The notes beneath the pieces were generated by a model, which saw nothing but the letters and a program-made list of their open reading frames with translations, was not told the origin of the DNA and ran no database searches. From positions 1-60,386 of the IMG/VR virus record IMGVR_UViG_3300032053_000078: a stretch of DNA of 60,386 bases. One strand, given 5' to 3'. Position 1 is the stretch's first letter. The number at the start of each line of letters is the position of its first letter. The position numbers and the translations under genes are program-made. Positions 38,506 to 49,600 of this stretch are shown in pieces. Origin of the DNA: a virus. Its lineage: Duplodnaviria > Caudoviricetes.

Positions 38506-41500
38506 CGTTTCCCCACATACTTCTCGACGAGCGCCCCGTAAGCGGCGACCCTGTCAGCGGTGGCGGGGACCCTCGACTGGCTGCCCCCCGAGACGTAAGC
38601 GCCGAACAGCTCGGCAGCCATCTCAGCGGAGTTCTCCGACGCGTACGCCGACGGCGAATCAAACCCGGTGTACCCGGCAGAGTTCGGAACGCTTATCATC
38701 ACCCCGTTCGGGGTGACCTCAGTCAGACCGCCATGCGCCGGGTCAGCGCCAGCCCGGACCATCGCGTGATCGACAAGGTGCCCGTACTCGTGAGTGAACG
38801 TCCCCTTGCCCGACGAGTCGACCAGCAGGCCCTTCATGTCCTCCTCCCGGTTTTTCCCTCCACGATCCCATCTCTCCTCACCGGCCTTCGCTAAAGCGGC
38901 ATCGACGGCCGTCTGATACCCCTCCGCTGTCTTTGATGCCTCCCAAGCGTCAGCGTTGATGTGGATGGCTTGGCTCCCATGCAACTCAGGGTTCGGTCCG
39001 TTGCGGGCGTCGAAACTGCTCGGCACCAACGGGTCGCCGCCCTGAGCGGTCGCATACCCGGTGATCGCGTCGTCACCCGAACCGAAGATCACTCGCACAT
39101 GACCGATCGGGAACCGTTCCGTCAGCTCCTTCATCGTCGCCTCAATCATCGCCCGATCAGCCTCGGGGACCTTGCCCTCCAAAGCGAACGACCCGATCTT
39201 GCCCTCCGGTCGCAAAGCACGCTCAGCCGCAGCCTTCGCTTCCTTGTTCCGGGCGATCGTTTCCCGCCGCGCAGCCTTCTGCTCCTCGGTCCGCGGTCCT
39301 TGCGGACCCGATCCGTCGCCACCAAACATTTCAACGCTCAGAGTGGTCAGAGCGGCACGCATCGAAGCGACCGCCGCCGACGTCGGATCATACGGAGCGA
39401 GTGACGCTTCCTCCTCACCGTCATGGTCCCAACCCGCAGCGACCTCAGCGAGCATCCGCCGACGATCCTCCAACGACGACGCCGAAGCAGCCAACCCGGC
39501 CACAGGGGACAGAACCTTCACCGCGTCCCAACCCGTACCCGACTTCAACGCCTTCTCACCACCCGGCGACGACACCACCTCGAACGGTGTCGGATACCCC
39601 GGGTCGGAACGATCACCTTTCAACCGTGTCCTCATCGACTTGTCCAAGTCCTTCGACTTCGACAACTCATCCAACGCCTTGCCGCTCCCCGCTGCGATCT
39701 TGCGTCCCGAAGCGTCACGCCCGGATTTCATCTCAGGGTTCAACCAGTCATACCCGGCTTTGGCCCACACGGCGCGCCCGTCCATCTCGGCGCGCATCAC
39801 CACCTTGCCGACACCGTTGCCCCGGTACCAGTCCTCCATCCGGTTGTTGAAAGCGGTAGCGAATCCTTTGCCCCGGGCCTCGGGGTCAAGGACCATCCTC
39901 GTCGAATGGGCGACCCGTTCCCCGTTCTCAACCGTGAAGTCACGAACAACCGATCCCACGCGAGTCCCTGACGGGTCAAGGATCTGCGCTTGGAACCGCA
40001 TCTCGACCGGCCCCGGGTGCGGGTCAGCGAACCGTGACCGTTCGTCCGACGGTGGTGCGACCGTGAACCCATCCCCGAACGTGCCTTTCAACGCGTCGAA
40101 CAGTTTGGACGGGTCAGCCTTCACCTCATCAAACGTCGGTCCGCGGCCCGGCACAGCTTCCGGCTTCGGCGCTGTCCCCTTCGCCGCTTGCCGCTCAGCT
40201 TTCTCAGCGTCGGTCAGCTTGTGAGGACCCGACCCCGGGCCACCGAACATTTCACCGCGCAGAGTGGTCAGCGCAGCGAACATAGAAGCGACCGCTGGGG
40301 TGGTCTCGTCGGGGTAACTCGATTCGAGCGACGCTTCTTCCTCGCCGACGTGGTCCCATTCCTTCGCGACTTTCGCCAACGCACCCCACCGTGCGTCCCA
40401 ACTGGTGCCAGACGAAGCCGCCAACGCCTGCCCGCCCTCAGTGTTCAGATGCTTCGCTCCTAGCCACGAAACGTCCCGCAACGCCCGTTCCCCCGCCGGG
40501 AGTTGAACAACCTCATACGGGGTTGGTGCATCAGGGGACGGCCGGTCCCCAAACACGATGGCCGTTGCCATGTCGTTCAGCCGTCCAACCATCTCGGTCG
40601 TCGCCGGGTCTTTGCCGTAGGTGCTCATGTCCTCAGCGATGTTCGCCAGCGTGACGCCATTCTCTCCCGGCATGAAGTCGAACCCAGCTTTGGCCCACAC
40701 GACCGAGCCGCCCTGCGACGTGCCGTTGTTCGCCGCCATCAACTCGATCCGATCCACACCGTTCGCCCGGTACCAGTCCTCCATGTGACTGTTGAAAGCG
40801 GTCCCGAACCCTTTTCCCCGGGCGTCCTCGGTCAGACCCATCATCGAGTTGATCGCGACCAGCTTGCCATCTTCCTTTTCGACGACGCTCCGAACCACCG
40901 TGCCGACTTCGTGGCCTGTCGCGTCGAGGATCTTCCCCGTGAAGCTCAGGTCTTTCTTCCCGTCGTCCCCGGGCGGCAACCAAGACGACCTCGGGCTGAC
41001 CGTGAACCGTCCCTCGCCGAACTGCCCGGCGACGACCTGCTCCAGCAGCCTGTTCCGCTCCGTCATGGATGAAGTCGCCAACAGATCGTCCAGCTTCGGG
41101 ACTTTCGACGGCCCCGGCAGATCCTTCACAACCGGATCAGGCCCCCTCAACACCGGGGCAGGCGCAGCGTCTTTCTTCGACTGCCGTTCGGCCTTCTCGG
41201 CATCAGTCAACTTGTGTGGCCCCGAACCCGGACCCCCAAACATTTCACCGCCAAGCAGAGCCGCCAACCAGTCCGCGGCCGGACCGCCCGCCGGGATCGG
41301 ATCTTCGGGAAACGACGGCGTCGAGTCCTGCACGATGGCCGCCGTGCGGTTGAGGAGCACGGTGCCAGTTGGGACCTTGTACGCGTCCCACCCGTTTGCC
41401 AAAGCGAACCGGCCGACGTCGTTCAGTATCGCCACCGTGCCGACGGCCACCTTCTCCTCCCGGGTCGTCGGCAGGTAGTTCCCCCAGTTATCCACAGGGA

Positions 41501-44500
41501 TGCCCCTCAGCAGGTTGTCCTTGTCTTGGGAATGAAGCTGCTCAACGGACGCCCCTTCACTAATCGCGTCTCGGCCTCCCGCCGCGAACCGGGTGTCCTC
41601 CCTAAAGGACCCCCTGAACACTCCTTCCCGGTTGGCCGAGCCGCCGCTGCGAGATCCCCCGTATGAGACAGCGGTCATGTACGCGGTCTGGCGGCCCATC
41701 AGTTGCCTGTACCCGTCGCCTTCGAGGAAGTCGCTACGCATAGAGGACGCAGCGCAGTACGAACCGTTGCCGTAGACCCCTGTGCCCGGGAAGTAATCAC
41801 CGGTGCGAAACGCCTCGGCGTGTTCCGCCCCCGTGACGTACGCGGTGGTCGTATAGTCACCCGCACGGGAACCTTGCACCCCCCGGTAGAACTCGGATTC
41901 CGGTCGCTCCCCAACCAGCCGATTCATCTCATCCTCTGAAACGACTGTCGGTAGCCCGTCGAACCCCTGAACCGCTGCCAACGCACCCAACATCGAATCA
42001 CCGAACGGGCTGTCACCTTGGGGGCCGTTGGCTAGTTCCGCGAGGTGCCTGTCGGCGGCGACGAGAGCGGCCTCGATGAACGCCGGGTCCTTCATGGTCT
42101 CACGCCAATCGGTGTATTTCGCGGGGACGCGACCCGATGACGGGGCAGCAGCTTTCTCTTTCTCCGCCTTCGCCTTCTCCTCGCGGTTCTTCGCCATCTT
42201 CTCCCGACGCGCAGCCTTCTGCTCCTCAGTCAACCGACCTTGCGGACCCGATCCTTCACCCCCGAACATTTCAACGCTCAGAGTGGTCAACTGGGCGAAC
42301 ATCGAAGCGACCGCTGCTGACGTCGGGTCCGACGGTCGGGACGGCACCGAGTCCTGCACGATCGCAGCGGTTCGGTTCAACAACACCGTCCCCGACGAAA
42401 CCCTCACAGCGTCGTACCCGTTAGCGGCGGCGAACCGGCCCTCGTCCAACAATATGAGCAACGTCCCCAGCGCCTCTTTCTCCTCCCGGGTTGTTGCCTT
42501 GTAGATCCGCGACTCAGGTTCCGTCGTCGGGAGCTTGCTTCTCAACGCCTCTTTGTCCTCCCAGCTCAAACGGGGTTGCTGAGATTGCTGATCGTGGCCC
42601 GCCGGGGCGATGTTCGCGTCGGGGTGGAACGCCCCACGCATCATCCCGTTCGGATCAGGGTTCCCTTTGCTCATCGTGTACGCGTAGGCGTACATGTACG
42701 CGCCCTCACGGTCCCCCAGTCTTGTCCTGTCGGTCACCGCGACGTAAGTGCCGTTCCCGAACACCCCCTTGCCGGGGAAGTAACCGCCGCTCCTGAACTC
42801 CTCAACGAGGTCCGGCCCTCTGACTATTTCGATCTGGCCGTCGGCCCCCCGCACGTTGAAACCCTCATCATCGAGAATGGGGTGATCCTCGACCCCGCGG
42901 AAGAACTCGGCCCTCGGATTCTCAGCGATGACCTTGTCTAGCTCTCCCTCGGATACCACCGTCGGCAACCCGTCGAAGCCCTGCAACTGGGCGATAGCGC
43001 CAAGACTCGGGTCGCCGCGCACGTTTTCCCACTCGCCGGGTTTCCCCTCGACGGGACGCGCAGCACTGAAGTCCAACGGAACCCCACCCGAAGTCTTGGC
43101 CCCCGCCATCTGAGCGAGGTAAGCGTCAGCGGTGATGAGCGCCTCCGCCTTGAACGCCGGGTCCTTGACCGTCTCATGCCAATCGTTGTATTTCGCGGGG
43201 ACGCGACCTGTAGCCGCAGGAGCGGCGACTTTCTCTTTCTCCGCTTTCGCCCGCTCCTCACGGTTCCGGGCGATCGCCTCCCTCCGCGCGGCCTTCTGCT
43301 CCTCGGTTCGCGGTCCCTGCGGACCCGACCCGACGCCACCGAACATTTCACCGCGCAGAGTGGCCGCAGCATCGCCAGACCCAACCGGCGGTGCCCATCG
43401 CGGTTCCGATCCCTGAGCATCCTGCACGATCCCCGCAGTGCGGTTGAGGAGGACAACCCCAACCGGCACCTTGTACGCGTCCCACCCGTTCGCCAGAGCA
43501 AACCGGCCCTCGTCGCTCAATATCAGCGTCGTGCCGACGGCCACCTTCTCCTCGGTCGTTGCCGGTGCGAGCCTCCCCAGCTCATCCCGGGGGATGTCCT
43601 TCAACAGCTCGTTTCGGTCGCTCGGGTGGAAGTAATGTATGCCCCCATTCCCGTACGCATAGTGGTCCCACGGGGCGAACCGGGTGTCCTCACGAAACAC
43701 CCCCCGGAACACACCTGCCGGGTCCTGAACGCCGTCGGAAGATGTGTACGCCCGAGCGGTCTCAAACGCGGCCTGACGACCCATCAACCGTGTCTCCACG
43801 CCGCCCTTCTCGAAGTCCTCCCGTCTGGAGGACGTAGCGCAATACGACCCGTTGCCGTACACGCCTGTCCCCGGGAAGTAATCGCCGGTGCGAAACGCCT
43901 CAGAGTGCTCCCCCGCCGACACCTCAACGGGTTGGTTGCCGACGAACTCAGTCGAACCTTTCACCCCACGGTAGAACTCGGACGCGGGGCGCTCCGCGAC
44001 CAGCCGATCCAGCTCGTCCTCGGACACCACAGTTGGCAACCCGTCGAAGCCCTGCAACTTCGCCAACACACCCAACATCGGGTCGCCTACTACGGGTTCG
44101 ATTCGGCCATCACTGCCTCGTCGCGTCTCCACCGCTAGCTCGTTGGCGGCCGCGATGGCAGCCGCGATGAACGCCGGGTCCTTGACTGTTTGACGCCAAT
44201 CGGTGTATTTCGCGGGGACACGCGGTGACGGTGGGACCGCAGCCTTCTCTTTCTCCTTCGCCTGCTTCTCAGCGCGGTTCTTCGCCATCTTTTCCCGCCG
44301 GGCGGCTTTCTGTTCCTCGGTCAAACGGCCCTGCGGACCTGATCCTTCACCCCCAAAGATTTCAACGCTCAGAGTGGTCAAGGCGGCACGCATCGAAGCG
44401 ACCGCCGCCGACGTCGGATCAACAACGGACAAGAAGTCGTCCATCGGGTTCCGACGCGGCTCGGACGGAACCGAGTCCTGCACAATCGCAGCCGTCCGGT

Positions 44501-46610
44501 TCAACAACACCGTCCCCGACGGGACATTCATCGCGTCGTACCCGTTCATCGCCGCCATCCGCCCGGGGTCGGACATCATCAAGTATGTGCCGAGCCGTTC
44601 CGTCTGGTCGGGGGTCTCCGGTGCGTAGACACCCTCGCTGCCATAGGGGATGTCTCCGATAAGTTCGGTCCTGACGGCGTCGCTCACATGGAAGTCGACC
44701 ACTTCCTGCCTGAAGTCTTGTTCCCCCGGCGCTAAGTGGTCCCACGGCGCGAACCGGGTGCCCTCCCCGAACGCCCCCCGAATCACACCGGCCGGGTCGG
44801 GGTTGCCTTCTCTGTCCGACGCGTACGACTGAGCTTCCCTCCACGCTCCCCTCTGGCTCATGGTGTCGTGCGGCCCACCACCGCCCGATGGCATCGTCGT
44901 CGTTGCCACATAGGTCCCGTTCCCCCATATACCAAGCCCCGGGTACACCTGTCCTGACTTGAAACCCTCGACCAGTTCGCGAACTCTCAGGTCGCGGCTC
45001 TCAAAGGTGCGGCCGTCAGGGGAGATCAGCGTGTCCCTAGCTCCCGTGACACCTCGGAAGAACTGGGACTCAGGTCGCTCAGCTACAACCCGATCGAGTT
45101 CCTCCTTGGAAACGACTGTGGGTAACCCGTCGAACCCTTGGATGGCAAGGATCGCAGCCAACCCGACGTCAGCAGTGGAGTTCTTCCAACCATCCGGTGT
45201 GCGGTCAGACACCTCAACCTTCTCGCTCCCAACCCAGTCGCGGAGCGGCCCAACAGGTTGACTGTTGAGCAACAGGTACGCCTCGACGCGAGCGGCGGCG
45301 GCCTCCTTGAACGCCGGATCTTTCGCCGTCTCACGCCAATCGGTGTATTTCGCCGCTACCCGACCCGACGTCGGAGCATCAGCCTTCCCTGCTTGCCGCT
45401 CAGCTTTCTCAGCGTCGGTCAACTTGTGCGGGCCGCTGCCGGGGCCACCAAACATTTCACCGCGCAGCGAACTGAACATCGCGACGACAGCGGCGGACGT
45501 CGGGTCGGAGATGGACAACGGATCACCAAGCCGCGCGTCTGGCTGGCCCGGGGACGTGTCCTGCACCATCGTCGCGGTGCGGTTGAGCACCACTATCCCC
45601 GTCGGCACGTTGTACGCGTCCCACCCGTTCGCCGCAGCGAACCGGCCCACGTCGTTGAGGACCAACATGGTGCCCCACTTCACCTTGTCCTCCCGGGTCA
45701 CCGGTACGATCCTGTTCATCGCGTCCCGGGGGATTCCCTCTGTCAGCTTCTCCTTAGCGCCGAGCGACAGAAAGAGAGGAGGCTCGTCGGCAGCCCACCA
45801 AGCGATATTCGCTTCGGGGCTGAACGCCCCCCGGAGCAACCCCGCCGGGTCAGTCGGGCCTTGCCTCCCCACCGCCGTATACGCCCTAGCGGAGTTGAAC
45901 GCCACCTCACGGCCCTTCAAGCGCAACTCGTCGGACTCGTTGAAGTTCGGTATCCGACCGGGATTCGCGCAGTACGACCCGTTGCCGTACACCCCCGTCC
46001 CCGGGAACAAGTCACCAGACCGAAACTGCTCAGCGTTGTCCCCCGCCGACACCTTGGCCTGCTTGCCGTCGACGACCTTCTCCCAACCTCGTTCGTCAAC
46101 CTCGATGTGGGACGACACGCCCCGGTAGAACTCGGATTCCGGGTCCTCCGCGACAACCCGATCCAGCTCGTCCTCCGACACCACCGTCGGCAACCCATCG
46201 AACCCCTGTATCGCCAGCAGACCAGCCAGCAAAGGATCACCGCCCGAGGGCAACGCCACATACACCGAGGCTGCCTGCATCTCCAGCATGTTCTCGGCAG
46301 CAGCGAGGGCCAACGACTCGAACGCCGGGTCCCGGGCCAACTTATGCCAGTCGAGATATTTCGCCTCGACCCGACCCGCTGCCGGGGCGGGCACCGCCTT
46401 CTCTTTCTCCGCCTGCTTCGCCTTCTCCTCGCGGTTCTTCGCCATCTTCTCGCGACGCGCAGCCTTCTGCTCCTCAGTCAAGCGACCCTGCGGCCCCGAC
46501 CCGTCACCACCGAACATTTCACGGCCAAGCAGAACAGCGAGATCAGCTACAGCATCAGACGTCGGGTCAACAGCGAACGCCAACTGACCGCGACGCCCGG
46601 TCTTACTCAC
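38502..46610 (-). CDS. eight-module polyprotein (2702 aa): five ART-like domains, two GNAT acetyltransferases, one HEXXH zincin
   Basis: eight FGGxGSGP tags; five copies of QGFDGLPTVVS...F(Y/F)RGV...G(V/I)(Y/W/F)GNG.Y...G(W/Y)DA...LNRTA; two copies of ARGKGF.TAFN..MEDWYR.NG...VWAKAG(F/Y)D; THEYGHLVD...SAYA..N..E..AE. Confidence 0.8.
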   Translation of the reverse strand: MSKTGRRGQLAFAVDPTSDAVADLAVLLGREMFGGDGSGPQGRLTEEQKAARREKMAKNREEKAKQAEKEKAVPAPAAGRVEAKYLDWHKLARDPAFESLALAAAENMLEMQAASVYVALPSGGDPLLAGLLAIQGFDGLPTVVSEDELDRVVAEDPESEFYRGVSSHIEVDERGWEKVVDGKQAKVSAGDNAEQFRSGDLFPGTGVYGNGSYCANPGRIPNFNESDELRLKGREVAFNSARAYTAVGRQGPTDPAGLLRGAFSPEANIAWWAADEPPLFLSLGAKEKLTEGIPRDAMNRIVPVTREDKVKWGTMLVLNDVGRFAAANGWDAYNVPTGIVVLNRTATMVQDTSPGQPDARLGDPLSISDPTSAAVVAMFSSLRGEMFGGPGSGPHKLTDAEKAERQAGKADAPTSGRVAAKYTDWRETAKDPAFKEAAAARVEAYLLLNSQPVGPLRDWVGSEKVEVSDRTPDGWKNSTADVGLAAILAIQGFDGLPTVVSKEELDRVVAERPESQFFRGVTGARDTLISPDGRTFESRDLRVRELVEGFKSGQVYPGLGIWGNGTYVATTTMPSGGGGPHDTMSQRGAWREAQSYASDREGNPDPAGVIRGAFGEGTRFAPWDHLAPGEQDFRQEVVDFHVSDAVRTELIGDIPYGSEGVYAPETPDQTERLGTYLMMSDPGRMAAMNGYDAMNVPSGTVLLNRTAAIVQDSVPSEPRRNPMDDFLSVVDPTSAAVASMRAALTTLSVEIFGGEGSGPQGRLTEEQKAARREKMAKNRAEKQAKEKEKAAVPPSPRVPAKYTDWRQTVKDPAFIAAAIAAANELAVETRRGSDGRIEPVVGDPMLGVLAKLQGFDGLPTVVSEDELDRLVAERPASEFYRGVKGSTEFVGNQPVEVSAGEHSEAFRTGDYFPGTGVYGNGSYCATSSRREDFEKGGVETRLMGRQAAFETARAYTSSDGVQDPAGVFRGVFREDTRFAPWDHYAYGNGGIHYFHPSDRNELLKDIPRDELGRLAPATTEEKVAVGTTLILSDEGRFALANGWDAYKVPVGVVLLNRTAGIVQDAQGSEPRWAPPVGSGDAAATLRGEMFGGVGSGPQGPRTEEQKAARREAIARNREERAKAEKEKVAAPAATGRVPAKYNDWHETVKDPAFKAEALITADAYLAQMAGAKTSGGVPLDFSAARPVEGKPGEWENVRGDPSLGAIAQLQGFDGLPTVVSEGELDKVIAENPRAEFFRGVEDHPILDDEGFNVRGADGQIEIVRGPDLVEEFRSGGYFPGKGVFGNGTYVAVTDRTRLGDREGAYMYAYAYTMSKGNPDPNGMMRGAFHPDANIAPAGHDQQSQQPRLSWEDKEALRSKLPTTEPESRIYKATTREEKEALGTLLILLDEGRFAAANGYDAVRVSSGTVLLNRTAAIVQDSVPSRPSDPTSAAVASMFAQLTTLSVEMFGGEGSGPQGRLTEEQKAARREKMAKNREEKAKAEKEKAAAPSSGRVPAKYTDWRETMKDPAFIEAALVAADRHLAELANGPQGDSPFGDSMLGALAAVQGFDGLPTVVSEDEMNRLVGERPESEFYRGVQGSRAGDYTTTAYVTGAEHAEAFRTGDYFPGTGVYGNGSYCAASSMRSDFLEGDGYRQLMGRQTAYMTAVSYGGSRSGGSANREGVFRGSFREDTRFAAGGRDAISEGASVEQLHSQDKDNLLRGIPVDNWGNYLPTTREEKVAVGTVAILNDVGRFALANGWDAYKVPTGTVLLNRTAAIVQDSTPSFPEDPIPAGGPAADWLAALLGGEMFGGPGSGPHKLTDAEKAERQSKKDAAPAPVLRGPDPVVKDLPGPSKVPKLDDLLATSSMTERNRLLEQVVAGQFGEGRFTVSPRSSWLPPGDDGKKDLSFTGKILDATGHEVGTVVRSVVEKEDGKLVAINSMMGLTEDARGKGFGTAFNSHMEDWYRANGVDRIELMAANNGTSQGGSVVWAKAGFDFMPGENGVTLANIAEDMSTYGKDPATTEMVGRLNDMATAIVFGDRPSPDAPTPYEVVQLPAGERALRDVSWLGAKHLNTEGGQALAASSGTSWDARWGALAKVAKEWDHVGEEEASLESSYPDETTPAVASMFAALTTLRGEMFGGPGSGPHKLTDAEKAERQAAKGTAPKPEAVPGRGPTFDEVKADPSKLFDALKGTFGDGFTVAPPSDERSRFADPHPGPVEMRFQAQILDPSGTRVGSVVRDFTVENGERVAHSTRMVLDPEARGKGFATAFNNRMEDWYRGNGVGKVVMRAEMDGRAVWAKAGYDWLNPEMKSGRDASGRKIAAGSGKALDELSKSKDLDKSMRTRLKGDRSDPGYPTPFEVVSSPGGEKALKSGTGWDAVKVLSPVAGLAASASSLEDRRRMLAEVAAGWDHDGEEEASLAPYDPTSAAVASMRAALTTLSVEMFGGDGSGPQGPRTEEQKAARRETIARNKEAKAAAERALRPEGKIGSFALEGKVPEADRAMIEATMKELTERFPIGHVRVIFGSGDDAITGYATAQGGDPLVPSSFDARNGPNPELHGSQAIHINADAWEASKTAEGYQTAVDAALAKAGEERWDRGGKNREEDMKGLLVDSSGKGTFTHEYGHLVDHAMVRAGADPAHGGLTEVTPNGVMISVPNSAGYTGFDSPSAYASENSAEMAAELFGAYVSGGSQSRVPATADRVAAYGALVEKYVGKR

Positions 46611-49600
46611 CCGACGGGGACCGCCGCGCCCCTCCGAGGCCCATCGAGCAACCCAAGGGCAGCAGCGAGACGGGCATCCCGCTCAGTCGAACACGAAGCA
46701 CCCGACGCCCCACCGCAACCACAACCACAGTCCAACCCCAACGCGCTCATCGCGACAGAGGTACGGGCACGACGATCCGCGGCCACATGAGGGGCCATCA
46801 ACACTGAGATCATCGAGTCCTGCTGAGCGAGACGCGCCTGCATTTCAGCCAACTCATCACCCACAGTGCGACGGTCAGGGTTGTGGATAGCGCCAGCAGC
46901 GACCAACGCACCCAGCTCACCGGTAGCGAGATCGACAAGACCCCACGGTTGGAACCGGCCAGCCGACGCTGCGATGCCCTCAACCAAGAACCCCGACGTG
47001 TTCACCGCCAACAAGCTCACCAACCGGCGTTGCCCGCCGATCGGACGCCAATCAGGTGAGATGTCCGACGCCCGGAACCGGCGAACCGTCAACTCGTCAA
47101 CCTCGGGCCGCACACAACCCGCGGCGACAATGCCGTGGTCGTTGGTGTAAAGCCTGACGTCAGCGACAGCGCACCCGGTGTGCGCGTAGAACGCCTGAGC
47201 GTCCGACGCCTGCATCCGAAGATTTGGATGCACGGTGTCCATGATGATCGGACCGACCGACAAGCTCGTCCCCTCAGCAGTGAGGACTGTCTTGCCCGTG
47301 TAGAACGACCGGAAGTCGTTGGACTGCGGAACTTCGACACACACACCGGAGTTCCCGATGTGGCACGTCCCGAACTGGGCGAGCAACCCGTAACACCGGC
47401 CGTCGGCCGACACCGTGAACGGCACCGGGACGTCCATCGGCTGCAACTGGAACCACGCAGCGGGCGGAGCGGCCGCCGCACCACCAGCGGACGCCACCAA
47501 CGCGCCCAGCATGTCGTCGCCAGCGAGCACAACGTCCGCCGGTCGAGTCGACCGGTAGATCGGACCGGAAGCCGAAGCTACCAACGCCTCGGGGGCGTTC
47601 TCTGTTGGACCGAGGAGATACACATGAGCCTCCTGAAACGCGGGGAACGGGGTCAACGTCGCGCCCATCACACGACCACTCACAATCAGTTCCAACACCT
47701 CACCATCACCGAACGCGTGGGCTTCCATCGCCTGATCCCGCGACAGCTCCACACCAGCCGGGTCGGCGAACACCATCTGCACCGAGTCGATGTCGACCGA
47801 GATTCCACGCATCGACTTTTCATCAAGCAACTGGCGGGCAGCCCCACCGGCGTCGTTCGCCGAGAAGTAACCGCGACCGACGATCGACTTGCCGTCACGC
47901 TCAACCTCGACAATCGACCCGCAGATCACAGCGCCCTCATGGCCCGGGGCGTTCACCGTTTGCAACATCAGCGGCACCGGCAACTCACGCCACGTCAACG
48001 ACCCCTCAGAGATCATCCGGTTGTCACCCGAAGGGACACCCTCAACAGTGAGGACCCCTTCCCACTCGTACGGTCGGTCAGGGGTGCTCGCCATCATCTC
48101 TCCCATCGGGGGAACGATCATCGCTCCGCACTCCGAGCAGTGGCCGTCCATCGGTTCCATCACAGCGCCGCACTCGTCGCACATCTCCATGCCGTCGTCG
48201 TCGCCCTCGTCGTCGTCCTCGCGACCCTCAACCTCAACCTCGATCACGACTACAGGGCTGTCGTCACCGTTGAACGCTTCCTCGCGAGCGGCGCGACGGG
48301 CACGCAACCTCGCCCGGATCGCAGCAGCGGTCACAGCGTCCCGCTCAACCGGGTCGGTGGCCTCAGCGACGTCCGCGACCTCCGCAGGGATTTCATCAGT
48401 TGCCACTTCGGTCGCAGCCAACCCCTGAATCGCCGCCGACAACGCCGAATCCACCGCGTCCAAAGCGTTCTCCTCAATCATCGCTTTCGCCGACGCTGAC
48501 ACCTCGCCACCATCGGCTTCCAACGCCTCAACCGCCTGAACGGCAGCGCGTCGACCAAGCTCGATCGCCAAAGCATCATCAGGGATCGACGTGATGTCCA
48601 CAGGCGGAGTCTCAGATGGCATCTCCTCCGCGGTGAACGTCCACCGCTCCCCAGTGAAGTACCAGTTACCCGGGTCAGGCATCGCCGGTTGGCCCGACGG
48701 GGCGGCTTCAGCGACAGCTTGGTCGACAGCCGCCACATGGTCAGCCGCCGCGGCTTCGATCAACGCGTCCCCAGCAGCTTTCGCTTCATCCAACGACGGG
48801 GCTGTCCCGGTGTCGGTACCCGCCGGGATTTCACGAACGCCTCCCGGGTCGTCAGCGATGTGAATGGACACGTCATAGGTGAACTCGGTCTGCTCAGGGT
48901 TCGACGAGATGACGTTCCTCGTTTCCTGCTCAGCGCCCGTAGCGTTCGTCACCGAGCCAACACCGGTATACGACGGCCCGTCGTACTTCGGGTCGTGCCC
49001 TGTCTCAGGTCCCTGCGTGTTTTCGGTCCACTTCATCGGGGTGACCGTCCCGTACCCCGGTGCCGGGCCGTCAGGCAAAGCGCCCTTCGGGTCCTTGCCG
49101 ACAAGCCCCCGGAGACGATCCCCGATCGACGGTTTCTGCTCCGTCCCCGGCAACGTCGCCTGCTTCGGTGACTCCCCACCAGAGTCGCCCTGCTTGTGTG
49201 GACCGGACCCCGGCCCCCCGAACACCTCCAACGCCGCTTCGAGCCGCTCAGCGGACGTCAGCGGTGCCTCCGGGGCGATTTCGAGGATCGGCTCCGGCGC
49301 GACCGGGGGTTTCGCTATCCCGATGAGGTCGAACGCCAACACCTCGTTCCCCCACCGCACTCGCAGCTCGTTGAACGTCAACGACTGGCCGACAACCGAC
49401 GCAGCATCAACAGGCCCGTCAGCCAACGTCACATGCGGCATGAACCCGAGATCGTCCACCGCCGGGAACCCCGCCTCAGCCAACGCCGAACACACCGCGT
49501 GCCGCAACGCTGGCAGCTCCGCACCGTTCACCAACGCGACCGTCGAAGCGTCCGCCGCGCCGAACCAGCCGATCCCACCGATCGACGCTTCGATCGGACG

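Noticed and set aside
45138-46790. 550-aa plus-strand ORF
   Set aside because: Antisense shadow of the 2702-aa gene; Arg/His-rich with no motifs, as expected in high-GC DNA
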